Positions 44,525 to 52,903 are shown, counted from the stretch's first letter. The stretch: 52,903 nt of DNA from an uncultured Eubacteriales bacterium (GCA_900322145.1 ONYQ01000001.1:1-52903), one strand, 5' to 3'. A program made the numbers and translations. Notes: a model not told the origin generated them from the letters alone.

Positions 44525-44659
44525 GTATATGTTTCCCCGGAAATGGAAATTGTACGTTTTGAAAGCGAGGATGTTATTGTTACCTCAAACCCGCAAGACC
44601 CGAACGAAACTAAAACGTTGGATCCGGAAAATGACGAAACGAATGGTTAATACGTAACA
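44525..44659 (+). CDS. Small acidic ORF (44 aa), unknown function
   Basis: MKTVYVSPEMEIVRFESEDVIVTSNPQDPNETKTLDPENDETNG*. SD GGAG lies 7 nt upstream. It sits 47 nt after the BspA stop and before the terminator at 44686. Confidence 0.45.
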
Positions 44660-44685
44660 ATTCAATACCCAAAAAAAGAGATGCC

Positions 44686-44725
44686 ATCTGCAAAAGCAGG
44701 TGACATCCCTTTTTTATAGCTATAA
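44686..44725 (+). terminator. Rho-independent terminator
   Basis: AGAGATGCCATCTGC-aaaa-GCAGGTGACATCCCT (imperfect stem) followed by TTTTTT. Confidence 0.65.
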
Positions 44726-44865
44726 ATGAGCAGATTTATCATTGTTTGTGATGATGCACAATCAATTTTCTCTATCTGTCACCCTGAACGTAGTGAAGGG
44801 TTTAAAAAAAACATGAGTTCGATGATTTTGCAGGCACATTGTTTCCTCCCTTTGACATAAAAAAA

Positions 44866-44993
44866 GTCCCCCTCTTTCAGGGGAAAGTCAACGAAGTTAA
44901 CAGGGGGAGTTCATACCAACTGCCACTTGAAAAGAAACTCCCTACGGCATTTCGTGCCGCCTCCCTCAAAGAGGAAAGCGGCACGAAAATTTT
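44866..44993. repeat. GC-rich palindromic intergenic repeats, family R2
   Basis: TCCCCCTCTTTCAGGGGAAAGTCAACGAAGTTAACAGGGGGAG aligns with 8-52. A second hairpin is GTGCCGC...GCGGCAC. A related short hairpin ACCCTGAACGTAGTGAAGGGT lies at about 44791-44812. Confidence 0.55.
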
Positions 44994-45012
44994 TCATCGA
45001 ACGCACGTTGAT

Positions 45013-45120
45013 TTACATACCCGAAAGGGTATAGAGCAGGATAGAGAAAATACCGGCCACCATCATGACACAAAGAATGATGCTGACAACACGGATAATC
45101 GTTTTTCTGCGCTTGAACAT
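45013..45120 (-). CDS. 35-aa single-pass membrane micro-protein
   Basis: MFKRRKTIIRVVSIILCVMMVAGIFSILLYTLSGM*. SD GGAGG lies 9 nt upstream. Located 20 nt downstream of the GT-C gene stop. Confidence 0.5.
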   Translation of the reverse strand: MFKRRKTIIRVVSIILCVMMVAGIFSILLYTLSGM

Positions 45121-45139
45121 GGGAAAATCCCTCCGTTTC

Positions 45140-46666
45140 TTAGATTGCTTGGGTCTTTCGTTGGTAAAGGTAGAAGGTATTGTAGGAGCTGCGGCGTGTT
45201 TCAAACTGACCGGCCGTTACCAATTCATATTGGGAGGAATTGAGCAGGCGGTCACGGGTCACCACATAATCGGTAGTGGCCTGTTGGATGTAAGCCTCCT
45301 GTTCATGCTGGGCAACAGGAATATTCAGCTCACAGAAAAAACGGCAGACAGGCGTTGTTTCGCTGGTCAGATAAAAACCGCCGTCCAGAAAGCCGTAGTT
45401 GAGCAGTGTGGCTTCTTTGGTGCGGGTAATGATCTCGCTGAACTGATACTGCGGAAGCTGTTCCTTGCGATAACCTAACATATAGGTATTGGGACTGATG
45501 GCTATGAGCAAAAGAATACCAATTACTGTTGTAAGGACAGCACCGGTAATTTTTTTGCGCAGTACCCATACACAAGGGGCAGCAGAAGTAAACCATAAGC
45601 GGTCAAGCGCAATCAGACCGGCCGGCATAAACAGTGCCATTGGCAGGGAATAGTAGGTATAACAGCGGCCGCCGGCATAGATCATCAGGAAGGTACACAA
45701 AGAAGTCATGATGAATACGGCAGACAGACGTTTGGAGCGCAGCCATAAATAGGGCAGTCCGATCAGCATCAGCAGGAAGGATATCCAGAAGTTATAGAGA
45801 TAGCTGGCAAAGCCGGTTCTCAGGTTCAGCAGCAGACTGAGCAGCTTATTATCCATAGTGGTGACGGGATACAGAAACAGATTACAGTAGAAATAGACCT
45901 CGAACAGATAAGAAATGGCGTTATGTATCCAGAAATACAGGAAAATGGGTACCGCCATGATAACCTCGCCTAACAGCAGGAACACCAAAAAGTAAACCAG
46001 TTCCTTGCCCCAGCGGTTGAGCGCATAGTAAAACAGCATGAATAATCCCAGACCAAAATAGAACCCTAACATGGTGAATTTGATCCAGAGTACTCCTCCG
46101 GAGGTAATGCCGATCAGGAGCCATTCCCGTTTGCCGACAGGTGTTTCCAGTACAATCGCCTTGACGGAAACATAGATGCTGTACATCAGCAGAGGCAGGC
46201 AGAATTCCTCGGCGGAACCGCCCTGTTCAAAGGCTGGAGAAGAATAAACCGTGAGTGTCAGCAGCGGCAGCAGGAACAGCACTCTTTTTTCACACAGCAG
46301 CAGCATGGTTTTGGCGCACAGCAGCAAATAGAAAAAACCGGCTGCGATTTCGAGCAGATAAACGCCGAAAAAAGAATTGTCCGATATCAGATAGGCGGCC
46401 GCATAGATAAAGTACAGCAGAGGCCCTTTTTGCTCAAAAATATCCTGATAGAGTGTCCGGTCATGGAGCATAGATTTTCCTACGGTAAAGAAGCAGTTGG
46501 CGTCATCCCAGTTATTGAGCGGATAGAGCGGTGAACATTTAGAGCAGATCGTGACGGCCACAAAAGACAATGCCGCTATCAACAACAGTGCTTTTTTGTC
46601 AATCCTGCGATCCTGCGGTACGGTTCTGTTCCGGAGTGAACACAGGATAGTTTGTACAGAGGGCAT
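45140..46666 (-). CDS. Polytopic GT-C-fold membrane glycosyltransferase (ArnT/PMT-like)
   Basis: 508 aa with at least 10 hydrophobic helices. First-loop acidic motif PLNNWDDANCFF...GPLLYF, and a ~110-aa soluble C-terminal domain. SD GGGAGG. Confidence 0.6.
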   Translation of the reverse strand: MPSVQTILCSLRNRTVPQDRRIDKKALLLIAALSFVAVTICSKCSPLYPLNNWDDANCFFTVGKSMLHDRTLYQDIFEQKGPLLYFIYAAAYLISDNSFFGVYLLEIAAGFFYLLLCAKTMLLLCEKRVLFLLPLLTLTVYSSPAFEQGGSAEEFCLPLLMYSIYVSVKAIVLETPVGKREWLLIGITSGGVLWIKFTMLGFYFGLGLFMLFYYALNRWGKELVYFLVFLLLGEVIMAVPIFLYFWIHNAISYLFEVYFYCNLFLYPVTTMDNKLLSLLLNLRTGFASYLYNFWISFLLMLIGLPYLWLRSKRLSAVFIMTSLCTFLMIYAGGRCYTYYSLPMALFMPAGLIALDRLWFTSAAPCVWVLRKKITGAVLTTVIGILLLIAISPNTYMLGYRKEQLPQYQFSEIITRTKEATLLNYGFLDGGFYLTSETTPVCRFFCELNIPVAQHEQEAYIQQATTDYVVTRDRLLNSSQYELVTAGQFETRRSSYNTFYLYQRKTQAI

Positions 46667-46790
46667 ATCACACCTCCCTTATCATAGCTTGATATACTAC
46701 TCACCATTTTATAGCTATTTTCCCCTAATGTCAATATGATTTATTTTTGTATCTGCTATGGACAAATTTTGAAGAATGGATGTGTTTTTC

Positions 46791-46819
46791 TTGACAAAAG
46801 AGGGGTTTTGAAGGATAAT
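46791..46819 (+). promoter_or_regulatory. Sigma-A type promoter for the aconitase-IDH operon
   Basis: TTGACA (46791-46796), 17 nt, GATAAT (46814-46819). The palindrome ATGACACGTCAT at 46828-46839 sits at the expected TSS. Confidence 0.5.
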
Positions 46820-46881
46820 AGAAATGTATGACACGTCATGTTGAATACGAGAATCAAGAAACATGAAGAGAGGGATTTGAA

Positions 46882-48816
46882 ATGGGCTATACTATTGCTC
46901 AGAAAATCATCAAAGCGCATCTGCTCAGCGGAGAAATGACGGTTGGCAGTGAGGTCGGTCTGAAAATTGACCAGACACTGACACAGGACGCTACCGGTAC
47001 AATGGCGTACCTTGAATTTGAAGCCATCGGTGTACCCCGTGTCAAGACTGAAAAGAGCGTGGCTTATATTGACCATAATACCCTGCAGACCGGTTTTGAA
47101 AATGCCGATGACCATCGGTTTATCCAGTCTGTCTGTAAAAAACACGGTATTTACTTCTCCCGTCCCGGCAACGGTATCTGTCATCAGGTACATCTGGAAC
47201 GTTTCGGCAAGCCCGGCAAGACCCTGATCGGTTCCGACAGCCATACGCCTACCGGCGGCGGTATCGGTATGCTGGCGATTGGTGCCGGCGGTCTGGATGT
47301 AGCCGTAGCAATGGGCGGCGGCGCTTACTATATCTCTATGCCGAAAATGGTACGCATCAATCTCAGCGGTAAACTCCAGCCGTGGGTTTCTGCCAAGGAT
47401 ATCATTTTAGAAGTTCTCCGCATCATGTCCGTTAAGGGCGGTGTCGGCAAGATCATTGAATACGGCGGCGAAGGTGTCAAGACACTGACCGTACCGGAAA
47501 GAGCGACCATTACCAATATGGGTGCGGAACTCGGTGCAACCACTTCTGTATTCCCGTCCGATGAGATTACCAAGTCCTTCATGAAGGCACAGGGCAGAGA
47601 AGAAGACTGGATGGAACTTTCCGCCGATGAAGATGCCGTTTATGATGAAGTCATCAACATTGACCTTTCCGCATTGGCACCGATGGCGGCTTGTCCCCAC
47701 AGTCCCGACAACGTTAAGACCATTGAAGAAATCGGCCCGCAGAAGATCGATCAGGTATGTATCGGCTCCTGCACGAACTCCTCTTATCTTGACCTGATGC
47801 GTGTAGCGGCTATCCTCAAGGGAAAAACCGTTCATCCGGATGTCAGTCTGGCGATTGCGCCCGGTTCCAAGCAGGTTTATAATATGCTCGCCAAGAACGG
47901 CGCTTTAGCGGATATTATTGAAGCCGGTGCCCGTATCCTGGAATGTGCCTGCGGTCCGTGTATCGGTATGGGACAGTCCCCCAACAGCAAGGGCATTTCC
48001 CTGCGTACCTTTAACCGTAACTTTGAAGGCCGCAGCGGTACCCGTGACGGTCAGATTTATCTTGTCAGCCCGGAAACCGCCGCTGTTTCTTCGTTGACCG
48101 GCGTATTCACTGACCCGAGAACCCTCGGTGAAGCCGTCAATATTCCGCTGCCTGAAAAGTTTGACTATAATGATAATATGGTGCTGGCGCCTGCGCCGGT
48201 GGAGGAAATGGACAGCGTAGAGATTCTCCGTGGTCCTAACATCAAGCCCTATCCCGAAACTGCTCCTTTAGCAGAGAATATCAATGTTCCCTGTTCTCTG
48301 AAGGTAGGCGACAACATCACTACTGACCATATTATGCCGGCCGGTGCTAAGATTCTGCCCCTGCGTTCCAATATTCCGGCTATCTCACAGCATTGCTTCA
48401 CTGTCTGCGATAAGGATTTCCCGTCCCGTGCCGAAAGACTGGGCGAAAGCATTATTGTCGGCGGTGTCAACTATGGACAGGGTTCCTCCCGTGAACACGC
48501 CGCTTTAGCACCGCTGTATCTCGGTATCAAGGCAGTTGTCGTGAAGTCCTTCGCCCGTATCCATCGTGCAAACCTCATCAATGCCGGTATCCTGCCGCTG
48601 ACTTTCCTGAACGAGGCGGATTATGACAATATCAAAGAGGGCGATGACCTGTCCTTGCCGAATGTCCGTCAGCGTATTGCAGACGGTAAAGTACAGCTTC
48701 TGCTCATCAACAGAACACAGGGCAAGGAAATCCCCGTACTCTGTGAGCTGTCCGGTCGTACCAAGGACATTATTCTTGCCGGCGGTCTGTTGGATTACAC
48801 CAGAAACGCTAAATAA
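46882..48816 (+). CDS. acn: Aconitate hydratase
   Basis: 644 aa with motifs GSDSHT, IGSCTNSS, CGPCIGMG and GQGSSREHAA. Confidence 0.9.
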   Translation: MGYTIAQKIIKAHLLSGEMTVGSEVGLKIDQTLTQDATGTMAYLEFEAIGVPRVKTEKSVAYIDHNTLQTGFENADDHRFIQSVCKKHGIYFSRPGNGICHQVHLERFGKPGKTLIGSDSHTPTGGGIGMLAIGAGGLDVAVAMGGGAYYISMPKMVRINLSGKLQPWVSAKDIILEVLRIMSVKGGVGKIIEYGGEGVKTLTVPERATITNMGAELGATTSVFPSDEITKSFMKAQGREEDWMELSADEDAVYDEVINIDLSALAPMAACPHSPDNVKTIEEIGPQKIDQVCIGSCTNSSYLDLMRVAAILKGKTVHPDVSLAIAPGSKQVYNMLAKNGALADIIEAGARILECACGPCIGMGQSPNSKGISLRTFNRNFEGRSGTRDGQIYLVSPETAAVSSLTGVFTDPRTLGEAVNIPLPEKFDYNDNMVLAPAPVEEMDSVEILRGPNIKPYPETAPLAENINVPCSLKVGDNITTDHIMPAGAKILPLRSNIPAISQHCFTVCDKDFPSRAERLGESIIVGGVNYGQGSSREHAALAPLYLGIKAVVVKSFARIHRANLINAGILPLTFLNEADYDNIKEGDDLSLPNVRQRIADGKVQLLLINRTQGKEIPVLCELSGRTKDIILAGGLLDYTRNAK

Positions 48817-48870
48817 TCATGGCAGGACAGTAACATTTCCCAATATCTTATGCGAAAGGATTGGAAACCC

Positions 48871-50088
48871 ATGGAAAAAATTACAATGACAACGCCGCTG
48901 GTTGAAATGGACGGCGACGAGATGACAAGAATCATCTGGAAGATGATCAAGGACAAGCTGATTCTCCCGTATGTTGACCTCAAAACCGAATATTATGACC
49001 TCGGTCTGGAGAACCGTGAAAAGACGAAGGATCAGGTAACGATTGACTCCGCCGAAGCAACCAAAAAGTATGGTGTAGCGGTCAAGTGCGCTACCATTAC
49101 ACCGAATGCCGAGCGTGTCAAGGAATATAACCTCACCCAGATGTGGAAATCCCCCAACGGTACCATTCGTGCCATTCTGGACGGTACCGTTTTCAGAACG
49201 CCTATCGTTGTCAAGGGTATCACCCCTTATATTCCGACATGGACAAAGCCCATTACCATTGCCCGTCATGCTTACGGCGATGTTTACAAGAATACCGAAA
49301 TGGTCGTAGCTGATGGCAGTAAGGCTGAGTTGGTTGTGACCGACAAGGACGGCAATGAAACCCGTCAGCTTATCCACGAGTTCAAAGGCTCCAACGGTAT
49401 TATTCAGGGCTTGCATAACATTGACAAGAGTATCAGCAGTTTTGCGAGAGCCTGCTTTAACTTTGCGCTGGATAAGAAGCAGGATATCTGGTTTGCTACG
49501 AAGGATACCATTTCCAAGAAGTATGACCACCGTTTCAAGGATATCTTCAATGAGATTTTCGAGAACGAGTATAAGGAAAAGTTCGCACAGGCCGGCATTA
49601 CTTACTTCTATACGCTGATTGACGATGCCGTAGCGAGAGTAGTCCGTTCCGAAGGCGGTTATATCTGGGCCTGCAAGAACTATGACGGCGATGTCATGTC
49701 CGACATGGTAGCAACCGCCTTTGGTTCTTTGGCTATGATGACTTCCGTACTGGTATCTCCCGATGGTATCTATGAGTATGAAGCCGCTCACGGTACCGTT
49801 CAGCGTCACTATTACAAGTACCTCAAGGGTGAAACGACTTCCACGAACTCCGTGGCAACCCTTTTCGCATGGACAGGCGCTCTCCGCAAGCGTGGACAGC
49901 TCGATGACAATGCGGCTTTGGCTGATTTTGCCGACAAGCTGGAAAAGGCTACGATTGCGACCATTGAGGACGGCGTTATGACCGGCGATTTAGCGACACT
50001 CTCTACCCTTGAAAACAAGACTAAGGTAGATACCGAAACCTTCCTTTCCGAAATCAATACCCGTCTGGCACAGTTGATGGGTGCCTAA
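48871..50088 (+). CDS. icd: NADP-dependent isocitrate dehydrogenase (eukaryote-like homodimeric type)
   Basis: N-terminus [17 protein letters not shown]...KCATITP. About 405 aa from the ATG at 48871. Confidence 0.9.
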   Translation: MEKITMTTPLVEMDGDEMTRIIWKMIKDKLILPYVDLKTEYYDLGLENREKTKDQVTIDSAEATKKYGVAVKCATITPNAERVKEYNLTQMWKSPNGTIRAILDGTVFRTPIVVKGITPYIPTWTKPITIARHAYGDVYKNTEMVVADGSKAELVVTDKDGNETRQLIHEFKGSNGIIQGLHNIDKSISSFARACFNFALDKKQDIWFATKDTISKKYDHRFKDIFNEIFENEYKEKFAQAGITYFYTLIDDAVARVVRSEGGYIWACKNYDGDVMSDMVATAFGSLAMMTSVLVSPDGIYEYEAAHGTVQRHYYKYLKGETTSTNSVATLFAWTGALRKRGQLDDNAALADFADKLEKATIATIEDGVMTGDLATLSTLENKTKVDTETFLSEINTRLAQLMGA

Positions 50089-50100
50089 CAGACTTTCCCT

Positions 50101-50137
50101 GCGCTGTCAGTTCTTCAGAGCTGACAGCGCTTTTTTT
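50101..50137 (+). terminator. Rho-independent terminator of acn-icd
   Basis: GCGCTGTCAG / CTGACAGCGC stem followed by T7. Confidence 0.85.
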
Positions 50138-50138
50138 G

Positions 50139-50232
50139 TTGGGGCTTTGAATGTTGGGGCTTTGCCCCAAACCCCACCAGGGCTCTGCCCTTGGAACCCG
50201 CAAACTTTTGAAAAAGTTTGATCAAAACTTTT
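50139..50232. repeat. GC-rich intergenic repeat, family R1 (inverted relative to 10088-10192)
   Basis: GGGGCTTTGCCCCAAACCCCACCAGGGCTCTGCCCTTGGAACCCGCAAACTTTTGAAAAAG is the reverse-complement homologue of the 10.1-kb copy. Confidence 0.7.
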
Positions 50233-50284
50233 ATGTTGTTGATAGGAAAAGTTTTTCCTACACTAAGAAATCTGTTTTTCAATC

Positions 50285-50305
50285 ATTGTACATTGCACAT
50301 TGTAT
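50285..50305 (+). repeat. Tandem heptamer array, family 1, orphan copy (ATTGTAC ATTGCAC ATTGTAT)
   Basis: Read directly. It is not adjacent to any stop codon and directly abuts the duplicated promoter module. Confidence 0.75.
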
Positions 50306-50502
50306 AGTCACTTAGTTGTCACCTTTGCCTGCTATGATAAAGCCATAGCAACGACACAGTGAACCGACAAGAGAAACAAAATATTCACGAAAAAAGTTTC
50401 CTTACAGTCACTTAACTGTCACTTACCTCTGCTATGATATGACCATAGCAAACACGAAAGACCAAAAGCAAACAATCATAAAAGCTGATAATTGAAAAGG
50501 AG
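50303..50502 (+). promoter_or_regulatory. Diverged tandem duplication (2 x ~100 bp) of a GTCAC-N6-GTCAC / TGCTATGAT promoter module with a CA-rich leader
   Basis: GTCAC at 50307, 50318, 50407 and 50418. TGCTATGAT at 50330-50338 and 50430-50438, exactly 100 bp apart. The GCTATG-N7/8-CATAGC hairpin is present in both units. Confidence 0.6.
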
Positions 50503-50510
50503 AATGTAAC

Positions 50511-51905
50511 ATGAAAAAGACAGTAAAGATGAACGTAATGACAAAGATTCTGGTAGCTGTTATGGCTGCCGCTATGATGATCGGTACCGCTGCAGGCTGT
50601 CAGGGCAATCAGGCCGCCAAGACAGACGATGCTTCTGTTTCCTCTGCGGTATCGGAAACTTCTGTTGTTTCCGATAAGGAAAGCCAGCCGAGTGTTGTCG
50701 CTTCTCTGAGCAATGATTCTTCCGCCAGCAAGTATATTGACCTCAAAACCGTCAGCGCCGATAAGTTTGAACTGATTCTCACCGGCAAGGATAACGACAA
50801 GGGAGAGTATGAGGAACTCTTTGTACTGGTTAATGACGGCAGCGCCAACGGTTATGCTGCTATCTATGTTAACAAAGAAGCTGATGGCAAGAAGGTTTCT
50901 GACGGTGTACTGCAGGGCAGCGTAACAGAAAAGAAGGACACTGACAATGAGGATGGCACCAAAAGCATTGCGTTCACCGTCAGAGATGAGCGTGGTATGT
51001 CCAGTGAGATGGTACTGACCGGCAAAGCCGACAGCGAGGACTTCACCATGACCTTCAAGGATGTACCGTATGTAATGCAGCTCAAGAAGGTAGAAACCGA
51101 TAAGGGTATGGAACTGATTGACAAGCAGCTTGAAATCCTGGCGGAAAACAATCCCACCGCTAATGCTTATCTGGATTCCGATGCCGCAACGATTGATTGT
51201 TCCTGCAAGGTTTATTATGCCGGTATACTGTCCGGTACACTGGATGCGTCCGGTGCGGCAAATGTCAAGACAGATACTCTTCCGGCAGCGGATGCCACTG
51301 AAGAGGAAAGAAAAGCAGCCGCTGACAAATGCACGATTCAGGGCGCTTTGGAATATGCCGGTCTGGAAAATGCCAGGCTGCAGGACAAGCTGAGTGAGAT
51401 GGCGGCCGATGCTGACGGTACGATCTACAGCAAGAAAAACGCTTCTGCACAGGCTGACAGAGCAGTAGCCGCTGATACAACCTTTGGTGAGCTGTATCAG
51501 AGCATGGGTGAAGTGATTGACAGAGCCCATGATATGTCACAGGATGCCAGCGATGCCGCTGTCATTGACACCGCCTGCAAGAACTACATTGCGGCGTTGG
51601 AGTCCGGTGCGATCAACGATGATGAGTATGCCAGGAATGTCAAGGCGGATGTACTGCCGGCAGCCGATGCGACTCCCGAAGAAAGACGGGAAGCCACACT
51701 GAAATGCACCATCAAGGGCGCTCTGGAATATGCCGGTATGGCAGATGCAGCCTTCGATTTCAGCAAATTTGCTGCGGATGACAACGGCAACATTTTTGCC
51801 AAGACTGAAAACAAAGAAGCAGCGCTCGAAACCATCACCGCCGATACCACCTTTGAGACGCTCGGCTATGAGAACGGTATGGCAGCAGAAAATGCCGACG
51901 AATAA
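50511..51905 (+). CDS. Lipoprotein with two internal ~110-aa repeats, unknown function
   Basis: Signal MTKILVAVMAAAMMIGTAAGC (lipobox AAGC). Repeats share VK.D.LPAADAT.EER....KCTI.GALEYAG and ...ADTTF. SD AAAGGAGAA. Confidence 0.6.
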   Translation: MKKTVKMNVMTKILVAVMAAAMMIGTAAGCQGNQAAKTDDASVSSAVSETSVVSDKESQPSVVASLSNDSSASKYIDLKTVSADKFELILTGKDNDKGEYEELFVLVNDGSANGYAAIYVNKEADGKKVSDGVLQGSVTEKKDTDNEDGTKSIAFTVRDERGMSSEMVLTGKADSEDFTMTFKDVPYVMQLKKVETDKGMELIDKQLEILAENNPTANAYLDSDAATIDCSCKVYYAGILSGTLDASGAANVKTDTLPAADATEEERKAAADKCTIQGALEYAGLENARLQDKLSEMAADADGTIYSKKNASAQADRAVAADTTFGELYQSMGEVIDRAHDMSQDASDAAVIDTACKNYIAALESGAINDDEYARNVKADVLPAADATPEERREATLKCTIKGALEYAGMADAAFDFSKFAADDNGNIFAKTENKEAALETITADTTFETLGYENGMAAENADE

Positions 51906-52060
51906 GAGAATAGGGGATAGAGGTTAGCGCATAGCTGCTTACGGCGCTTGGACTGTCCTTTATTCTATCTATACAAGAGGGGGAACAGGATACAGCGTAT
52001 CGTATGCGGCTGTCTGACAGAAAAGCGATAGCGCTGTGCTTGTACCATCAACAGGGGACG

Positions 52061-52097
52061 AAAGTCTGCCGATGCCTAAGGGTTCGGCAGACTTTTG
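52061..52097 (+). terminator. Rho-independent terminator
   Basis: AAAGTCTGCCGA / TCGGCAGACTTT stem followed by TG. Located about 155 nt after the lipoprotein stop. Confidence 0.65.
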
Positions 52098-52325
52098 CCG
52101 TTGCTGTGGGCGGTTATGCCGGAAAAGAAACGGCAAATGTTGATGAACGAAGGATACTTTTTAACACAATGAAAAAATATTGTGCAAAATGACGGAAGAA
52201 AATTTTCATCATAGGGACGAATTTTTAGCTTGCTGTCTGTGTAAAATGCGGTAGAAATGTGTCATATTATACAAAAAATACGATTAAATTTCTACCAAAT
52301 TTACAAAGAAAAAATGTCAAAAGAC

Positions 52326-52354
52326 TTGCAATTCCGGAATGACTGTGCTATTAT
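52326..52354 (+). promoter_or_regulatory. Strong sigma-A promoter of the S10 ribosomal protein operon
   Basis: TTGCAA (52326-52331), 17-nt spacer ending in TGC, TATTAT (52349-52354). Confidence 0.6.
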
Positions 52355-52646
52355 AATGAAGTGACTGCACAGATATGCGATGAAGCGGGAGGTTGCGGCT
52401 GAAACAGGCCGGTTTTTCCGTGGAGTATGTCCGATTTTAAACCGGGCGAAAGAATATTTTTTGATGGAGCAAACAGACCTGAACCTAAGAGTTGCAAGGC
52501 CGGGGTTGTTATGCGCCAATTTTCTCAAAGCCTTACCCGGGGATGCGTTGTCATCACCGGATTTTTAAAAGAGTTGCGAGAAACACCCGGAAGGGTGTAG
52601 AGGAATTGAGAGAACGCCCGCCAACTACAATAAGGAGGCGATGAAC

Positions 52647-52903
52647 GTGGCAGTCAAGGAAAAAATAAGGATTAGAATCAAGGGATACGATCATCAGCTG
52701 GTGGATCAGTCCGCCGAGAAGATCGTAGCAACCGCCAAGCGTACAGGAGCAAGAGTTTCCGGTCCTGTGCCGCTGCCGACCGAAAAGCAGGTCGTTACAA
52801 TCCTTCGTGCGGTTCATAAGTACAAGGACAGCCGTGAACAGTTCGAGACAAGAACCCACAAAAGACTTATCGACATCCTCAGACCTTCTGCAAAGACTGT
52901 AGA
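52647..52903 (+). CDS. rpsJ: 30S ribosomal protein S10 (partial, runs off the window)
   Basis: Hand translation from GTG at 52647 gives [85 protein letters not shown] lies 8 nt upstream. It is absent from the ORF track because no stop codon falls in the window. Confidence 0.9.
   Translation, partial: MAVKEKIRIRIKGYDHQLVDQSAEKIVATAKRTGARVSGPVPLPTEKQVVTILRAVHKYKDSREQFETRTHKRLIDILRPSAKTV

Noticed and set aside
48817-49809. 330-aa minus-strand ORF
   Set aside because: It is antisense to the isocitrate dehydrogenase gene.
50412-51530. 372-aa minus-strand ORF
   Set aside because: It is antisense to the lipoprotein gene, which has a proper lipobox, SD and promoter. The antisense ORF has none of these.
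51906-52097. Possible small RNA between the lipoprotein gene and the terminator at 52061
   Set aside because: No promoter was recognisable. The simplest reading is a long 3' UTR ending at the terminator.
1-52903. Mobile elements, prophage, defence or toxin-antitoxin modules, tRNA/rRNA genes
   Set aside because: Reading all ORFs of 60 aa or more, plus the spacers, revealed no integrase, transposase, restriction, Cas, abortive-infection or phage structural signatures, and no tRNA-like cloverleaf candidates.

Overview
This 52.9-kb segment reads as the core genome of a Gram-positive anaerobe. It looks Clostridia-like, inferred from GGAGG-type Shine-Dalgarno sites, a T-box leader, Rho-independent terminators and gene content. 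About 42 CDS are supported and almost all are housekeeping: murE, leuCD, T-box-leuA, aguA/aguB, a two-subunit class I fumarase, prs, a truncated glmU-like gene, aroK/aroE, acpP, proS, galE, tsaD/rimI, polA, alr, DAHP synthase, tmcAL, ackA, a cytoplasmic GH13-DUF1653 fusion, aconitase plus NADP-IDH, and the 5' end of rpsJ. One accessory stretch (about 37.0-46.7 kb) holds two very large surface-protein ORFs joined head-to-head with no promoter, start codon or signal peptide. It also holds a 44-codon acidic ORF and a GT-C-type membrane glycosyltransferase with a trailing 35-codon membrane micro-ORF. I found no rRNA or tRNA genes, CRISPR arrays, transposases, integrases, phage genes or recognisable defence or toxin modules, so I see no convincing multi-gene novel system. 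The most interesting signals are non-coding. (1) A Phe/Tyr/Trp-rich leader ORF plus an intrinsic terminator sits in front of DAHP synthase and is a candidate ribosome-mediated attenuator. (2) Three families of imperfect tandem heptanucleotide arrays sit exactly at gene boundaries; four of the six family 1 copies start 0-2 nt after a stop codon in a fixed orientation. (3) A shared GTCAC-N6-GTCAC promoter module is tandemly duplicated upstream of a lipoprotein gene. (4) The two surface-protein ORFs meet at a promoter-less junction. All functional calls come from motif recognition by eye; no database search or folding computation was run.
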